From a virus (taxonomy: Duplodnaviria > Caudoviricetes), in the IMG/VR virus record IMGVR_UViG_3300023218_000040, positions 32,001-96,000 of that record: a stretch of DNA of 64,000 bases; one strand, 5' to 3'. Position numbers and translations under genes: made by a program. Below, one piece after another: positions 44,730 to 53,653 of this stretch. Each line of letters opens with the position of its first letter. Position 1 is the stretch's first letter. Under the pieces are notes generated by a model that ran no database searches, had not been told where the DNA came from, and was given only the letters and a program-made list of their open reading frames with translations.

Positions 44730-45463
44730 TATTGGTGCTCCCATGGAGTCAATTCTATAGTCTCTCCATCCCAATAGGTGTCGCTCATATGCTCATTCCA
44801 TTGTTCTTCGAGCGCAGTCATAATCTGGGGAGTCATCTTTGGTTTATACCCGATTGCCTTCAATAGTCGATAACGGAACTTGCTTAGGTTGTGTTCTTCG
44901 CTGTACTCCTCGTTAATTTCGTTTTCTACGATAGAGTCCCACTCATTCCAGGTTTCCCATTCAGTCTCGGACTTGTGTTCAGTGGAGGCTGTAAGGGTGG
45001 ATCGCTCACCAGTTCGCTGTATCAGGATTAGCTTACCATTCAAATCTTTAACGAACTGGAGTTCGTTAATGAATCGACAATCGGTGAGCAACCCATAGTC
45101 AAATTCGTCATACTCTCCACGCTGAATGGCGAGCTTGAGAGCTATGATCCAGGCTTCCTGATGAAGTCCTTCACGGAAGCATTCGGTTCCAACTTTTTGC
45201 ATCACGACACGACGAGTCATCCCTAGCATCTCACATGCTGGATCAGGACTACCATCATCTAGGGTGTCACCTTCTTTGTAATCATAATCGTTCAAAAGAC
45301 GATCATAGTCCCACCCGAACATGAGAGCACATACAGCCTTTAGGGGATCTGCAAACGACAGTTTGATAACACGGTTGCCATATTCCTCCAGGGCTTCGGT
45401 CACGAGTTTGGCAGCGGTGTCTTTTCCAGATCCGGCTTTGCCGGAGAAACCAATGATTTTCAT
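44729..45463 (-). CDS. Deoxynucleoside monophosphate kinase, T4 gp1-like
   Basis: IGFSGKAGSGKDT P-loop; SFADPLK; RRVVMQKVGTE; TDCRFINE; HKSE. Confidence 0.92.
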   Translation of the reverse strand: MKIIGFSGKAGSGKDTAAKLVTEALEEYGNRVIKLSFADPLKAVCALMFGWDYDRLLNDYDYKEGDTLDDGSPDPACEMLGMTRRVVMQKVGTECFREGLHQEAWIIALKLAIQRGEYDEFDYGLLTDCRFINELQFVKDLNGKLILIQRTGERSTLTASTEHKSETEWETWNEWDSIVENEINEEYSEEHNLSKFRYRLLKAIGYKPKMTPQIMTALEEQWNEHMSDTYWDGETIELTPWEHQ

Positions 45464-45515
45464 ATATCACTCTCGGATGTTCTTTATCCAAAGATAGGAA
45501 GACCGAAAATATATA

Positions 45516-45896
45516 TCAAGCTGACTCTACGTCGATCTTTACCGGATGGGACACCGAGTATACCTGTTCCGGTGCTTGTTGTTTGGAATATTCCTCAAGT
45601 TCTTCAGGGGTCATATCGATTGCATAGGACTGAAATTCGTCATTACCCATGGTCTTTTTCATGTCCGTTGCAACGTCAATGATCAACTGGTAGTAATCAT
45701 CATGTCGATCAACGATGAATGAGTCACCAAGAACTAGTAACTCCTCGAAGTGTAGTGATCCACGAATACCTTTTTCCTTGAGGTATCCCTTCCAGAGATC
45801 AATCATACGATTGTTCAACTCCGGAGTCATTTTCAGCCAAGATGTGATGAGATCGGCGGTTAGCTCGTATACAGTTTCATCAAGCAGAAGTTTCAT
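45516..45896 (-). CDS. Hypothetical protein
   Basis: ORF with GGAG SD before ATG 45896. Confidence 0.6.
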   Translation of the reverse strand: MKLLLDETVYELTADLITSWLKMTPELNNRMIDLWKGYLKEKGIRGSLHFEELLVLGDSFIVDRHDDYYQLIIDVATDMKKTMGNDEFQSYAIDMTPEELEEYSKQQAPEQVYSVSHPVKIDVESA

Positions 45897-46380
45897 AGCT
45901 AATAATACTCCAGCCATATTTTGCAATCAATGCCGCTTCTGCTTTGCCCTCATCAGCGGTCTTATATTTGAAGTCCGATGCGTTATTAGGGAAGTTCTGT
46001 TTGGCTAGTTCAACAGAATCAACTTTAGCTGCACCAATGAGACCAACTTGTTTCTTCCAGACTTGTGATCGAACTAGAATATACTCCAGGTCTAGTCCGA
46101 TAAGCAATCCTTGCCATTGACCCAGGTTTTGACCGAATCGAAACATACCAGTGACGCCCTGTCCCGGCATAGCTGATACTTGCTCAAGAAAAATCTGACT
46201 CACGGGATGTCGAAGAAGAATGTCCCGGCACTCGCCAAGATCCATGTCATCTCGGGTGGTCTTCTTACCTCGTTTGACGAATGGAACTTTGACCGTTGGC
46301 GTTCGATACGCCAACAGCTTAGTGGGTGAGTAGAAGGCTATTCCGCCTTTTATTCCTGGGTCGATTCCAACTGTATACAT
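45880..46380 (-). CDS. ruvC: RuvC-like Holliday junction resolvase
   Basis: VGIDPGIKGG; FLEQVSAMPGQGVTGMFRFG; WKK; AEAALIA. Confidence 0.9.
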   Translation of the reverse strand: MYTVGIDPGIKGGIAFYSPTKLLAYRTPTVKVPFVKRGKKTTRDDMDLGECRDILLRHPVSQIFLEQVSAMPGQGVTGMFRFGQNLGQWQGLLIGLDLEYILVRSQVWKKQVGLIGAAKVDSVELAKQNFPNNASDFKYKTADEGKAEAALIAKYGWSIISYETSA

Positions 46381-46414
46381 GTTTTCCTCCGAGTATACTT
46401 ATCCCCGTAGGCAT

Positions 46415-46675
46415 TCATCTCGGTAGGTCTGCCAAATCAGCTATTTTTTGAGGTCGATGAACCTTTACTACCTCGAATGTTGGTCTGTCTCCACCTAACA
46501 TTGGGTTCCAGCCATGATTCATGTAGTGTTCAATCATCCTGATGGCAAGATATCCATTCCATCGAGTGGATGCTTTTTTCTCATCACTGACGAGGCATGG
46601 ATTACCTTCGTCATTCTCCCCGATCCACAGAACGGAACCCACTAGTTTTGCAGCGTACTTGTAGTGGATGTCCAT
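46415..46675 (-). CDS. Hypothetical protein
   Basis: 86-aa ORF in a tightly packed operon. Confidence 0.6.
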   Translation of the reverse strand: MDIHYKYAAKLVGSVLWIGENDEGNPCLVSDEKKASTRWNGYLAIRMIEHYMNHGWNPMLGGDRPTFEVVKVHRPQKIADLADLPR

Positions 46676-46676
46676 G

Positions 46677-47072
46677 TTAATCCTGAGTGCATTTGATTGC
46701 TACCAGCCTCCATCCTCCGCTGGTTTTGCCCAGATTCTCGTTGATGAAGTCTAGGCACATCCCATACGGAATCTGACGAGTGTTATCCTGGTGTTTACCT
46801 CCACGGACCATAGTCATCACCATTGTGCCTATATCGGTGTCATACACGATATTATTTCCCCATTCTCTGGTTTCGATACGGGTATAGTTCTTCACGTCTG
46901 GCTGGAGGGACATTTCTCCACGATTGGCGGATCCACTGTATTCTTGGTAGACTTCTTTTTTTCCCTTATAGGAAGCAGGACGGTCTAGATTTATCGGAGA
47001 CGGTTGAACATTGTTTTTGTTGCATCCAGTCAGAACTACTGCCAGCAAAAGGGTTGCTACTATTTTCATCGT
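46677..47072 (-). CDS. Lipoprotein
   Basis: Signal peptide MKIVATLLLAVVLTG|C with lipobox. Confidence 0.7.
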   Translation of the reverse strand, partial: TMKIVATLLLAVVLTGCNKNNVQPSPINLDRPASYKGKKEVYQEYSGSANRGEMSLQPDVKNYTRIETREWGNNIVYDTDIGTMVMTMVRGGKHQDNTRQIPYGMCLDFINENLGKTSGGWRLVAIKCTQD

Positions 47073-47476
47073 TCTGACCACATGTTTGTAATGACCTCTA
47101 ATTCCTCGATGTACCTTTTGTACACAGGATTGTTATCCTGGAATGTCCACTTGTCCGTGTAAAGCTGAAGGGCAATCTTTACCCAATTTGGATGCTTGTT
47201 ATACAACCACAATGCCCATAGCCCACTTGGATTTGGGTTTTCAATGTTATGTCTCGAACAAGATAAACCAACATCATCCGGAGTTGGAATGTGAATAGTA
47301 GCAACCTTCTTACCATTTACTGTCCAGACGATACGGTCCGTTTTTTGTGCTTCACGCACTGGAAGAGTGAAGTCACCTATCTCCTCGAACCACCAGTTGC
47401 CGGTGGAGACTGCTACATGATCAAGCGAAGTTACGAACGAAGTTACGAATTTAGCGTTCATCTTCCTCTTTTCCAA
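47066..47476 (-). CDS. Hypothetical protein
   Basis: Packed ORF with overlaps on both sides. Confidence 0.6.
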   Translation of the reverse strand: MEKRKMNAKFVTSFVTSLDHVAVSTGNWWFEEIGDFTLPVREAQKTDRIVWTVNGKKVATIHIPTPDDVGLSCSRHNIENPNPSGLWALWLYNKHPNWVKIALQLYTDKWTFQDNNPVYKRYIEELEVITNMWSER

Positions 47477-47657
47477 AAAATATCTGGTACAAGAAGATAG
47501 GCCAAATTACCGCCAGGAAGATATGCTGGAAGATGGTCATCTCCTGGTGTGGCAAATCATAGTATTTGGCGTAATACCTGATTGCGAACTCGGCAAATCT
47601 CGCAATCAAAAGACCGGCGAGAGCGTAGTACAGGATGTAATCGTAGATGCCACTCAT
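47451..47657 (-). CDS. Small two-pass membrane protein
   Basis: Two hydrophobic segments. Confidence 0.55.
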   Translation of the reverse strand: MSGIYDYILYYALAGLLIARFAEFAIRYYAKYYDLPHQEMTIFQHIFLAVIWPIFLYQIFFGKEEDER

Positions 47658-47691
47658 GGTTATGCCTCGGACGACGGGTTCATCATTGTGT

Positions 47692-48684
47692 TTATGCAGC
47701 CTTTTTCTGTTGCATCAACCACTCGCTGAACTGGATGGGCAACTCGTACTTTATACCATATTCCCGAAGATGTCCAGTTAGGCGATTGAGATCCACTTCT
47801 CCGAAGCGAGTCAACAAGTAGACGTAGATCCCTACGAATTCCTTGCCATGACCAGCGTGGAGCTTGCCATTGTCATCTGTATTGCCCCAACGACGATGCA
47901 AAACGTGAGCCAATTCATGCAACAAGATCAACCGGTTACAATGAACGGGAAGCAGACGAATGTCAGTACCGCCAAAAGAATGGCTACCACTCTTGCGGAA
48001 CTTCAGGGCCGGAACCTTCTCACCGAGGTTGATGCAGATATGCTCCAGCATGTTCCGAAGGAACTGCGGCGTGCATCGCTGATGCAGCTTGTCCCGAGAA
48101 ACGACGGTATTGGGCCACACACCGGCATCGGCATCGATCTTGGGACCGATATCGAAAGCCATCTTGTGCTCCCACTTATAGACCTTGGACTTCTGGGAGT
48201 CACGAGATTTGTTGCTATTTTTACGAGTGTAGTGCTCAGGAACTTCGAACGACTCGGCCCAGAACGGAATGGATGCGATGGCATCCTCCATCGAGGAGTA
48301 GGACTCGACCACCTTTCGTTTGGGGTTCTCGGGGTCGGTAACCGTCATGGCGAAGGTGTGGTAGCTGGCCAGAGCGTTCCTGGACGGACGCCATCCGACC
48401 ACATGCTTACCACTAAAGTAGCGCAGGCTGACCACGAAGAAATTACCCTTACCGTTGGGGTTCTTCTCTTCGTGCTCAATGTAGTAACTATCGAGCCGGT
48501 CCAGATCCCATCCGGTGTCCAGTTCGATATAATCCCGCTCGTGATGACCTCGGTAGCTCATTACTGGCTCCTGGGTTCCTTGACTAGATGAGCTTATTAT
48601 ACCACGGTGGTATTTCTTCGTCAAGAATTTTTTTAGGCGGGATAATAACTCGGATGCCGCAGTCCAGTAAGAAATCGCATCCAT
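47692..48684 (-). CDS. SprT-like zinc metallopeptidase domain protein
   Basis: LILLHELAHVL (HExxH) followed by HAGHGKEF. Confidence 0.7.
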   Translation of the reverse strand: MDAISYWTAASELLSRLKKFLTKKYHRGIISSSSQGTQEPVMSYRGHHERDYIELDTGWDLDRLDSYYIEHEEKNPNGKGNFFVVSLRYFSGKHVVGWRPSRNALASYHTFAMTVTDPENPKRKVVESYSSMEDAIASIPFWAESFEVPEHYTRKNSNKSRDSQKSKVYKWEHKMAFDIGPKIDADAGVWPNTVVSRDKLHQRCTPQFLRNMLEHICINLGEKVPALKFRKSGSHSFGGTDIRLLPVHCNRLILLHELAHVLHRRWGNTDDNGKLHAGHGKEFVGIYVYLLTRFGEVDLNRLTGHLREYGIKYELPIQFSEWLMQQKKAA

Positions 48685-48721
48685 ATTTTACTTCCTCAAA
48701 AATACTCATTTCTATGTAGGA

Positions 48722-48883
48722 TTAGTATTCTGAACGGCTGATTTGTTTTCCCCAAACGTTATTCAGGAGTATGGGAATTTCATTTCTTCTGAATCTGACA
48801 CAGCCCAATTCAGCGAGCTTGTTGTCAGTAGGGCGAAACGCACCCAGGGAAATGTCTTCGTTTCCGATTCGTATCCATACCAT
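48722..48883 (-). CDS. Possible small protein (53 aa)
   Basis: Fills the gap after gp46; no clear SD. Confidence 0.3.
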   Translation of the reverse strand: MVWIRIGNEDISLGAFRPTDNKLAELGCVRFRRNEIPILLNNVWGKQISRSEY

Positions 48884-48895
48884 CAAAATTCTAGT

Positions 48896-51808
48896 TTATG
48901 CTCCATACTCGATTTTGGACATTCTGTTCTCTTTGATGATTTTCATCACATCTTCAACACGAGCGGCAATGTCATCACGGTGAGTAATCAGGAAGGCACG
49001 CTTGCCTTTCTTGGTGCATGTCTCTTTGAGAGCACGTACAGCGTTTTCGGCACCACGAGGACAGATGCCAGAATCGATAAGCTCATCGACCGCCAACAGA
49101 TTGATGCTGTAGTTCATGAACTCGAATACGTCCTGGAATGCGAAGTTCAAAGCGATACGAACCCGGTTACGCTCACCTTTGGAGAGATTACCAAAGTCAA
49201 ACTCTTCGTGATAATCAGTAATGCTCACTGTCAGGTCTGGCTGGAAAGCTACGATGTGTGGTAGCTCCAGGATCTCCAGCCAATACGCAATTCTCTTGTT
49301 CAAGATTGGCATCCATCGGTCGATGATTAGCTTCCTCAAGAACGAATCTTTTTTTGTCAACAAATCTATGAGGTAGTTATAATGTGCGATCAGCAAACGT
49401 AAGTCCTTGATTTCACTCTCATCGACTTTCTTTATTGCTTCTTCACGAAATTTCGTTACACTTTCAACGTGCGGATTTTCGTCTACTTCTACTTTTTCTA
49501 GTTGCTCACGTAGAGCCTTGAGCGTGGCACCGGCACTAGCTGCTTCCTCTACCGATCCGTAAGTGAGGTTTAGGCGGTCGATGTCACGCAGAGCTTCATT
49601 GAGGTTGGAAATCTCTGTCTTGAGTTCGAGTTCTCTTTTCTCCAGGGTTTTCATTTCAGTAGTAACGTGAAGTTCTTTGTCCTTGCTTTCGGCGTACCGC
49701 AAGACAGCTTCTTCTAGACTTTCGGCCAAGGTCTTTTTGTACTCCGGATCAGCTACCCAATGTTGATTGCAGGTAGGACAGGTCTCTTCTTCTAGTTTAG
49801 CTAGTGACGCTTGGGTTTCGGTTACATACTGGTCATCACGTTTCTGTTGACGTTCATGTTCTTTCAATTCGTTCTGGCAGCGACGAACCTCAGATTTGAT
49901 CTCACGCAGGCCCGCTTCCAGTTCTTTCACCTGGGCGTAGGCGTCGGTTGCCAGATTGAGCATTTCGATTTCTTTCTTGACATCAACTGCCTCCAGGGTC
50001 TTGATTGTCTCCTGGAGTTCTGCTATAGTATCAGCTTTTTTCTTTTCCCACGCCTTGGATTTGGCTTCAAGCTCCTTAACCTGGGCTTCGATACGAGAAT
50101 TGGCTTGTTTGGTTGCTTCGATAGAGGATTCTGCGGTCAACAGATCTTTGTTCTTCTCCTTTCGTTCATCCTTGAGAAGCTTTGCCTTTTCGGTCATGAT
50201 GGTGAAACCGAACAGATGCTCGATCACATCACGGCGTTTGTCTTCTGGTAAACGGAAGAACTCCAGGGACTCGGAAGTATTGGCGACAAGATACTCGAAT
50301 AGGGTGATATCGAAACCGAGGATGCCAACGATCTGGTCAGTGGTTTCGTTCTTACCACGAGCTATATCGTGCTTGAGTTTTCGACCATCCTTGGCCTTGA
50401 AGTCAGAGTCATCATCTAGCTTTTTTCGGAACAAGAAGAGCTTGGATGGTCGTTCTGTTCGTTCAACGAGATAGCGGTACTCATCCTTGGTAAATTCGAC
50501 GCTGACTATCATTGAGCCCTTGGGCGATAGTTTATTGATGAGTTTCTGATTTGAGATGCCTCGAACCACCTTGCCAAACAAGGCGTAACATAAGGCGTCG
50601 ATGATTGCGGAATTATGTGTAACGACATAATTATCAGTTACGTATAGATGGTCAGGGTCAGAAACCGTTATACATTGTACCTCTTCCGAACATATTGGTT
50701 TGATGTCAATAATCTCTAAACGTAGAGAATTTTGGTACTGATAAGGTATCGGAAGTTTCTCAATCTTTCGTTGAAGTCGAAATAGGGTTTCTCTCTGAGG
50801 GTGACGTATACCAACACGATATGATGGCTGTCCCTGTCTTTTCTTCCCGTTATGAGTGTATAACTTGTTTAGTTCTGTTATTTTGGCGATGCCACCGATT
50901 TTCCATACCAAGTTTTGAACTTGTGAAGCAAGTACGGGGCTAGTAGTAGTGAATGAAACGGAACCATTAGCATCCACGGTACCATCTGAATCGAGTAGTC
51001 CTTGAAGAAGGTGTTTGGTTTGGGTAATAGACATTTCCATGTATGCATCAGGAATTGTCTTTTCCCAAGCCCGACTATCCCACATGCCCAAGGAACGTAG
51101 ATGAATAGAAACGGGATTGAACCCTTTAGATCCATCAGTAATAGTGTAAGTAAGCTTGTTTGGTCCTCGGACCTCTACCCCATCGGGAAGTATTGAGCGA
51201 ACAGTCTCTACAATTGCCTCATCTTTGGTGGTGAATCGAACACCAGAAGTGAAATTACCGTCACCGATGAGTATACCTAATAGATATGGATCTATTGGTA
51301 CATTTGTATCTGTGCGTTTCATTTCGCCTGGGAATAGGGGGACGTAAGTGCGCCCAGATGCACCTGGGAACTTTTCTCGATGCTTAATTATATCGAACGT
51401 AGATTGAACGGACCATCCCCAATTAGAACCATTCCGATTCCAAATCTTCCACAGATGATCTCCACAGCATTTAACCACCCGTCCGTCTGAAAAGGTAACT
51501 GCAAATACATCTCGAATTCCACGGGGATGCACTCCTGTTACAATTGTAGGTTTTCCGGTCCCAGAGATGATGCAGGAGCCAATTTCCATCTCTCCCATAG
51601 TTGACCAACCATAAGGAGTTAGGATTTTAGAATCTAAAGGTTGAGCTTTTCCACAACCATTTCTGGAATCTTCTCCCCCGGTATCTCGGTTCTCACCCAG
51701 CACAACAGTGATATGATCGCCCCCAAGGGGAACAACCACTTCCTTCGCTCCAAAGGAGAGGAAGTTTCTCAGTCGTAACTCATTAAACTCTAAAGCTTGA
51801 TTCGCCAT
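48896..51808 (-). CDS. gp46: Recombination exonuclease ATPase subunit, gp46/SbcC-like, with intein
   Basis: LRNFLSFG; Walker A NGCGK|S split by intein; coiled coil with CPTC hook; LSKGE signature; LAVDE Walker B; ITH. Confidence 0.95.
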   Translation of the reverse strand: MANQALEFNELRLRNFLSFGAKEVVVPLGGDHITVVLGENRDTGGEDSRNGCGKAQPLDSKILTPYGWSTMGEMEIGSCIISGTGKPTIVTGVHPRGIRDVFAVTFSDGRVVKCCGDHLWKIWNRNGSNWGWSVQSTFDIIKHREKFPGASGRTYVPLFPGEMKRTDTNVPIDPYLLGILIGDGNFTSGVRFTTKDEAIVETVRSILPDGVEVRGPNKLTYTITDGSKGFNPVSIHLRSLGMWDSRAWEKTIPDAYMEMSITQTKHLLQGLLDSDGTVDANGSVSFTTTSPVLASQVQNLVWKIGGIAKITELNKLYTHNGKKRQGQPSYRVGIRHPQRETLFRLQRKIEKLPIPYQYQNSLRLEIIDIKPICSEEVQCITVSDPDHLYVTDNYVVTHNSAIIDALCYALFGKVVRGISNQKLINKLSPKGSMIVSVEFTKDEYRYLVERTERPSKLFLFRKKLDDDSDFKAKDGRKLKHDIARGKNETTDQIVGILGFDITLFEYLVANTSESLEFFRLPEDKRRDVIEHLFGFTIMTEKAKLLKDERKEKNKDLLTAESSIEATKQANSRIEAQVKELEAKSKAWEKKKADTIAELQETIKTLEAVDVKKEIEMLNLATDAYAQVKELEAGLREIKSEVRRCQNELKEHERQQKRDDQYVTETQASLAKLEEETCPTCNQHWVADPEYKKTLAESLEEAVLRYAESKDKELHVTTEMKTLEKRELELKTEISNLNEALRDIDRLNLTYGSVEEAASAGATLKALREQLEKVEVDENPHVESVTKFREEAIKKVDESEIKDLRLLIAHYNYLIDLLTKKDSFLRKLIIDRWMPILNKRIAYWLEILELPHIVAFQPDLTVSITDYHEEFDFGNLSKGERNRVRIALNFAFQDVFEFMNYSINLLAVDELIDSGICPRGAENAVRALKETCTKKGKRAFLITHRDDIAARVEDVMKIIKENRMSKIEYGA
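50612..51646 (-). mobile_element. Class-3 (Ala1, WCT) intein in gp46 (345 aa, LAGLIDADG)
   Basis: AQPLDSKILTP; block B DHLW; block F VQCITV; block G VTHN|S; GILIGDG and GLLDSDG. Confidence 0.9.
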
Positions 51809-52034
51809 CGTAATCCTGCTTAGATAACACATCCGGGTGAATGGACCACTTAAAGACTAGCGTTTCGCCGTCTTTTCCGCTTGTCCTAAAAACGATATGG
51901 TTTTTTTCACACTCAGTCAAGAATGCGTAGACTTCGGCTTTGTCTAGATCCATGAATTCACTAATCCCTTGTGATGAAATAGAACCGTTTTCTAGGATGT
52001 ATTCCAAAATCTCATGTTGTAGCTCAGTATTCAT
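51783..52034 (-). CDS. Small winged-HTH-like protein
   Basis: EILEYILENGSISSQGISEFMDLDKAEVYAFL pattern. Confidence 0.55.
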   Translation of the reverse strand: MNTELQHEILEYILENGSISSQGISEFMDLDKAEVYAFLTECEKNHIVFRTSGKDGETLVFKWSIHPDVLSKQDYDGESSFRV

Positions 52035-52212
52035 TATATTCCTCGTCGGATTCCTCGTGAGAGTAAATTGCATCTGTAGGTTCTAAGTAATGTTTGTTGG
52101 AACATGAGCACGTCGCCTCAAAGTATAGTTCCTCATCATTCCACGCCCATGCTAGTGGCTCGCCGCAGCACGCAGCAAGCTCTTCCCACGCTTCGTGAAA
52201 TAGGTCATGCAT
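52024..52212 (-). CDS. Small acidic Cys-containing protein
   Basis: CCG...CSC; between gp47 and gp46. Confidence 0.5.
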   Translation of the reverse strand: MHDLFHEAWEELAACCGEPLAWAWNDEELYFEATCSCSNKHYLEPTDAIYSHEESDEEYNEY

Positions 52213-52286
52213 TGAAGTTTTTCCTGGATGGAAGTTTGAGTTCTTGTGTTATGTTTATAGTTTCTCAAGAAAATCATGCAAAGTTA

Positions 52287-53333
52287 CTAATTTCCTACAC
52301 TCTGATATAGTTGTACCAGTAATTCAGAGTCGTATTTCGATCCCTCGGTGTCGATTTCTCGTAGATGCTGAATCACGAGTTGATCGACACTTAATCCATC
52401 CTCTGGAATGTCTGTTCCCTCATCCACACCCAAAGCGTCTCGCTTTGGTCGAAGCCTGATATCTCTTACGTGCTCGGACAGGATGTTAGAGATTTCGGTT
52501 GCTTCCTCAATTTCGATACCCATGTCGTCCTGGCACTCGACAACACTTCTGTCGTTGTAGGTGTTTTCGTATGCCCCATTCTCGATTTCACCAAGTAACT
52601 TGGAGAGCTTGATACGATGGAAATTGGGTGCTTCCTCCCAATTAACGAACTCTGGGTCTTTACCCCATTCTAGAATCATGCATCCACGTTTGTTGTCACC
52701 AACATCGTTGAAGTCATGAGGAAAGCAGTTACCAATGTACCAGATTGGTACTCCGTTCTCGTTGACCTTCAACTGTCTCTTGTGGAAGTGACCACTGAAC
52801 ACGGCATCGCACTGGTAAAAATGGTCACCGTGCAAACCACCACGGTCGGGCATTTCGACCATTTCATTTAATAGGAACAAAGGTAATTCAAAGTGTCCGA
52901 ATACATACTTTACTTCGTATGAAGGTGGATCGGTGAATTCATTTCCTACCAACCACGGGCAGAACAGAACATCATCGATTTCGGTGATGGAGTTGATGAC
53001 CGTGATACTGTCTTGAGTTAGGTAGGGAAGAGAGTGGACATTCCGGTTGGTTTTGAAAAACAGGTCGTGGTTGCCCATCAGCCAGTAGATTGGAAGTCCA
53101 GTAGCAACCAATCTTTCGATGGCTTGCCAAGAGTAGTTGACGGTATCCACACGCAGACGTGAGCGATTGTCATACCAATCACCCATGAATATGATGGTAT
53201 CGCAATCGTGTTCATTCACCTGACTGATGAACCAATCCACGAAATCCAGGCAGTCTTGATTGTGCTGCTCGGAGTCAGATTTTTTACCGAAATGGATATC
53301 AGTGAATACTGCGGCTTTTTCGAACAGTGTCAT
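52287..53333 (-). CDS. gp47: Recombination nuclease, gp47/SbcD/Mre11-like
   Basis: FTDIHFG, MGDWYD, MGNHD, GHFE, SGHFH metallophosphoesterase motifs. Confidence 0.95.
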   Translation of the reverse strand: MTLFEKAAVFTDIHFGKKSDSEQHNQDCLDFVDWFISQVNEHDCDTIIFMGDWYDNRSRLRVDTVNYSWQAIERLVATGLPIYWLMGNHDLFFKTNRNVHSLPYLTQDSITVINSITEIDDVLFCPWLVGNEFTDPPSYEVKYVFGHFELPLFLLNEMVEMPDRGGLHGDHFYQCDAVFSGHFHKRQLKVNENGVPIWYIGNCFPHDFNDVGDNKRGCMILEWGKDPEFVNWEEAPNFHRIKLSKLLGEIENGAYENTYNDRSVVECQDDMGIEIEEATEISNILSEHVRDIRLRPKRDALGVDEGTDIPEDGLSVDQLVIQHLREIDTEGSKYDSELLVQLYQSVGN

Positions 53334-53653
53334 TATTGCTTGGGATCGTTGACTTCTAGCTTTCGTAGGTTCTTCAGTTGAACGTATATGTTGTTTTCGC
53401 CATTGGCGGGATATCCCTCAAAGTATCCCTGCTCGTGCCAGAATTCAAGAGTTGCAGCATAGAATCCTGGCTCATTAGGAAAACCATCCATAAAATCCGA
53501 GTTGTCCTCGATGCACAAACCATCCAACCAGTCCTCGGTAATGAGTTGATGCAGATCACGTGGATTTGGTGTACTCACCAAATAGGTAAGAATAGACTCA
53601 CGCAGTCCAATCGCCGCAAAATGGGCATTCTCAATAGCCTTAATCTTCTTCAT
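53333..53653 (-). CDS. Hypothetical protein
   Basis: Between gp55 and gp47, overlapping both. Confidence 0.55.
   Translation of the reverse strand: MKKIKAIENAHFAAIGLRESILTYLVSTPNPRDLHQLITEDWLDGLCIEDNSDFMDGFPNEPGFYAATLEFWHEQGYFEGYPANGENNIYVQLKNLRKLEVNDPKQ

Noticed and set aside
47848-48591. 247-aa plus-strand ORF (and similar long antisense ORFs, e.g. 35867-36502, 23780-24304, 48743-49264)
   Set aside because: Fully overlap well-supported opposite-strand genes and show no motifs or SD.
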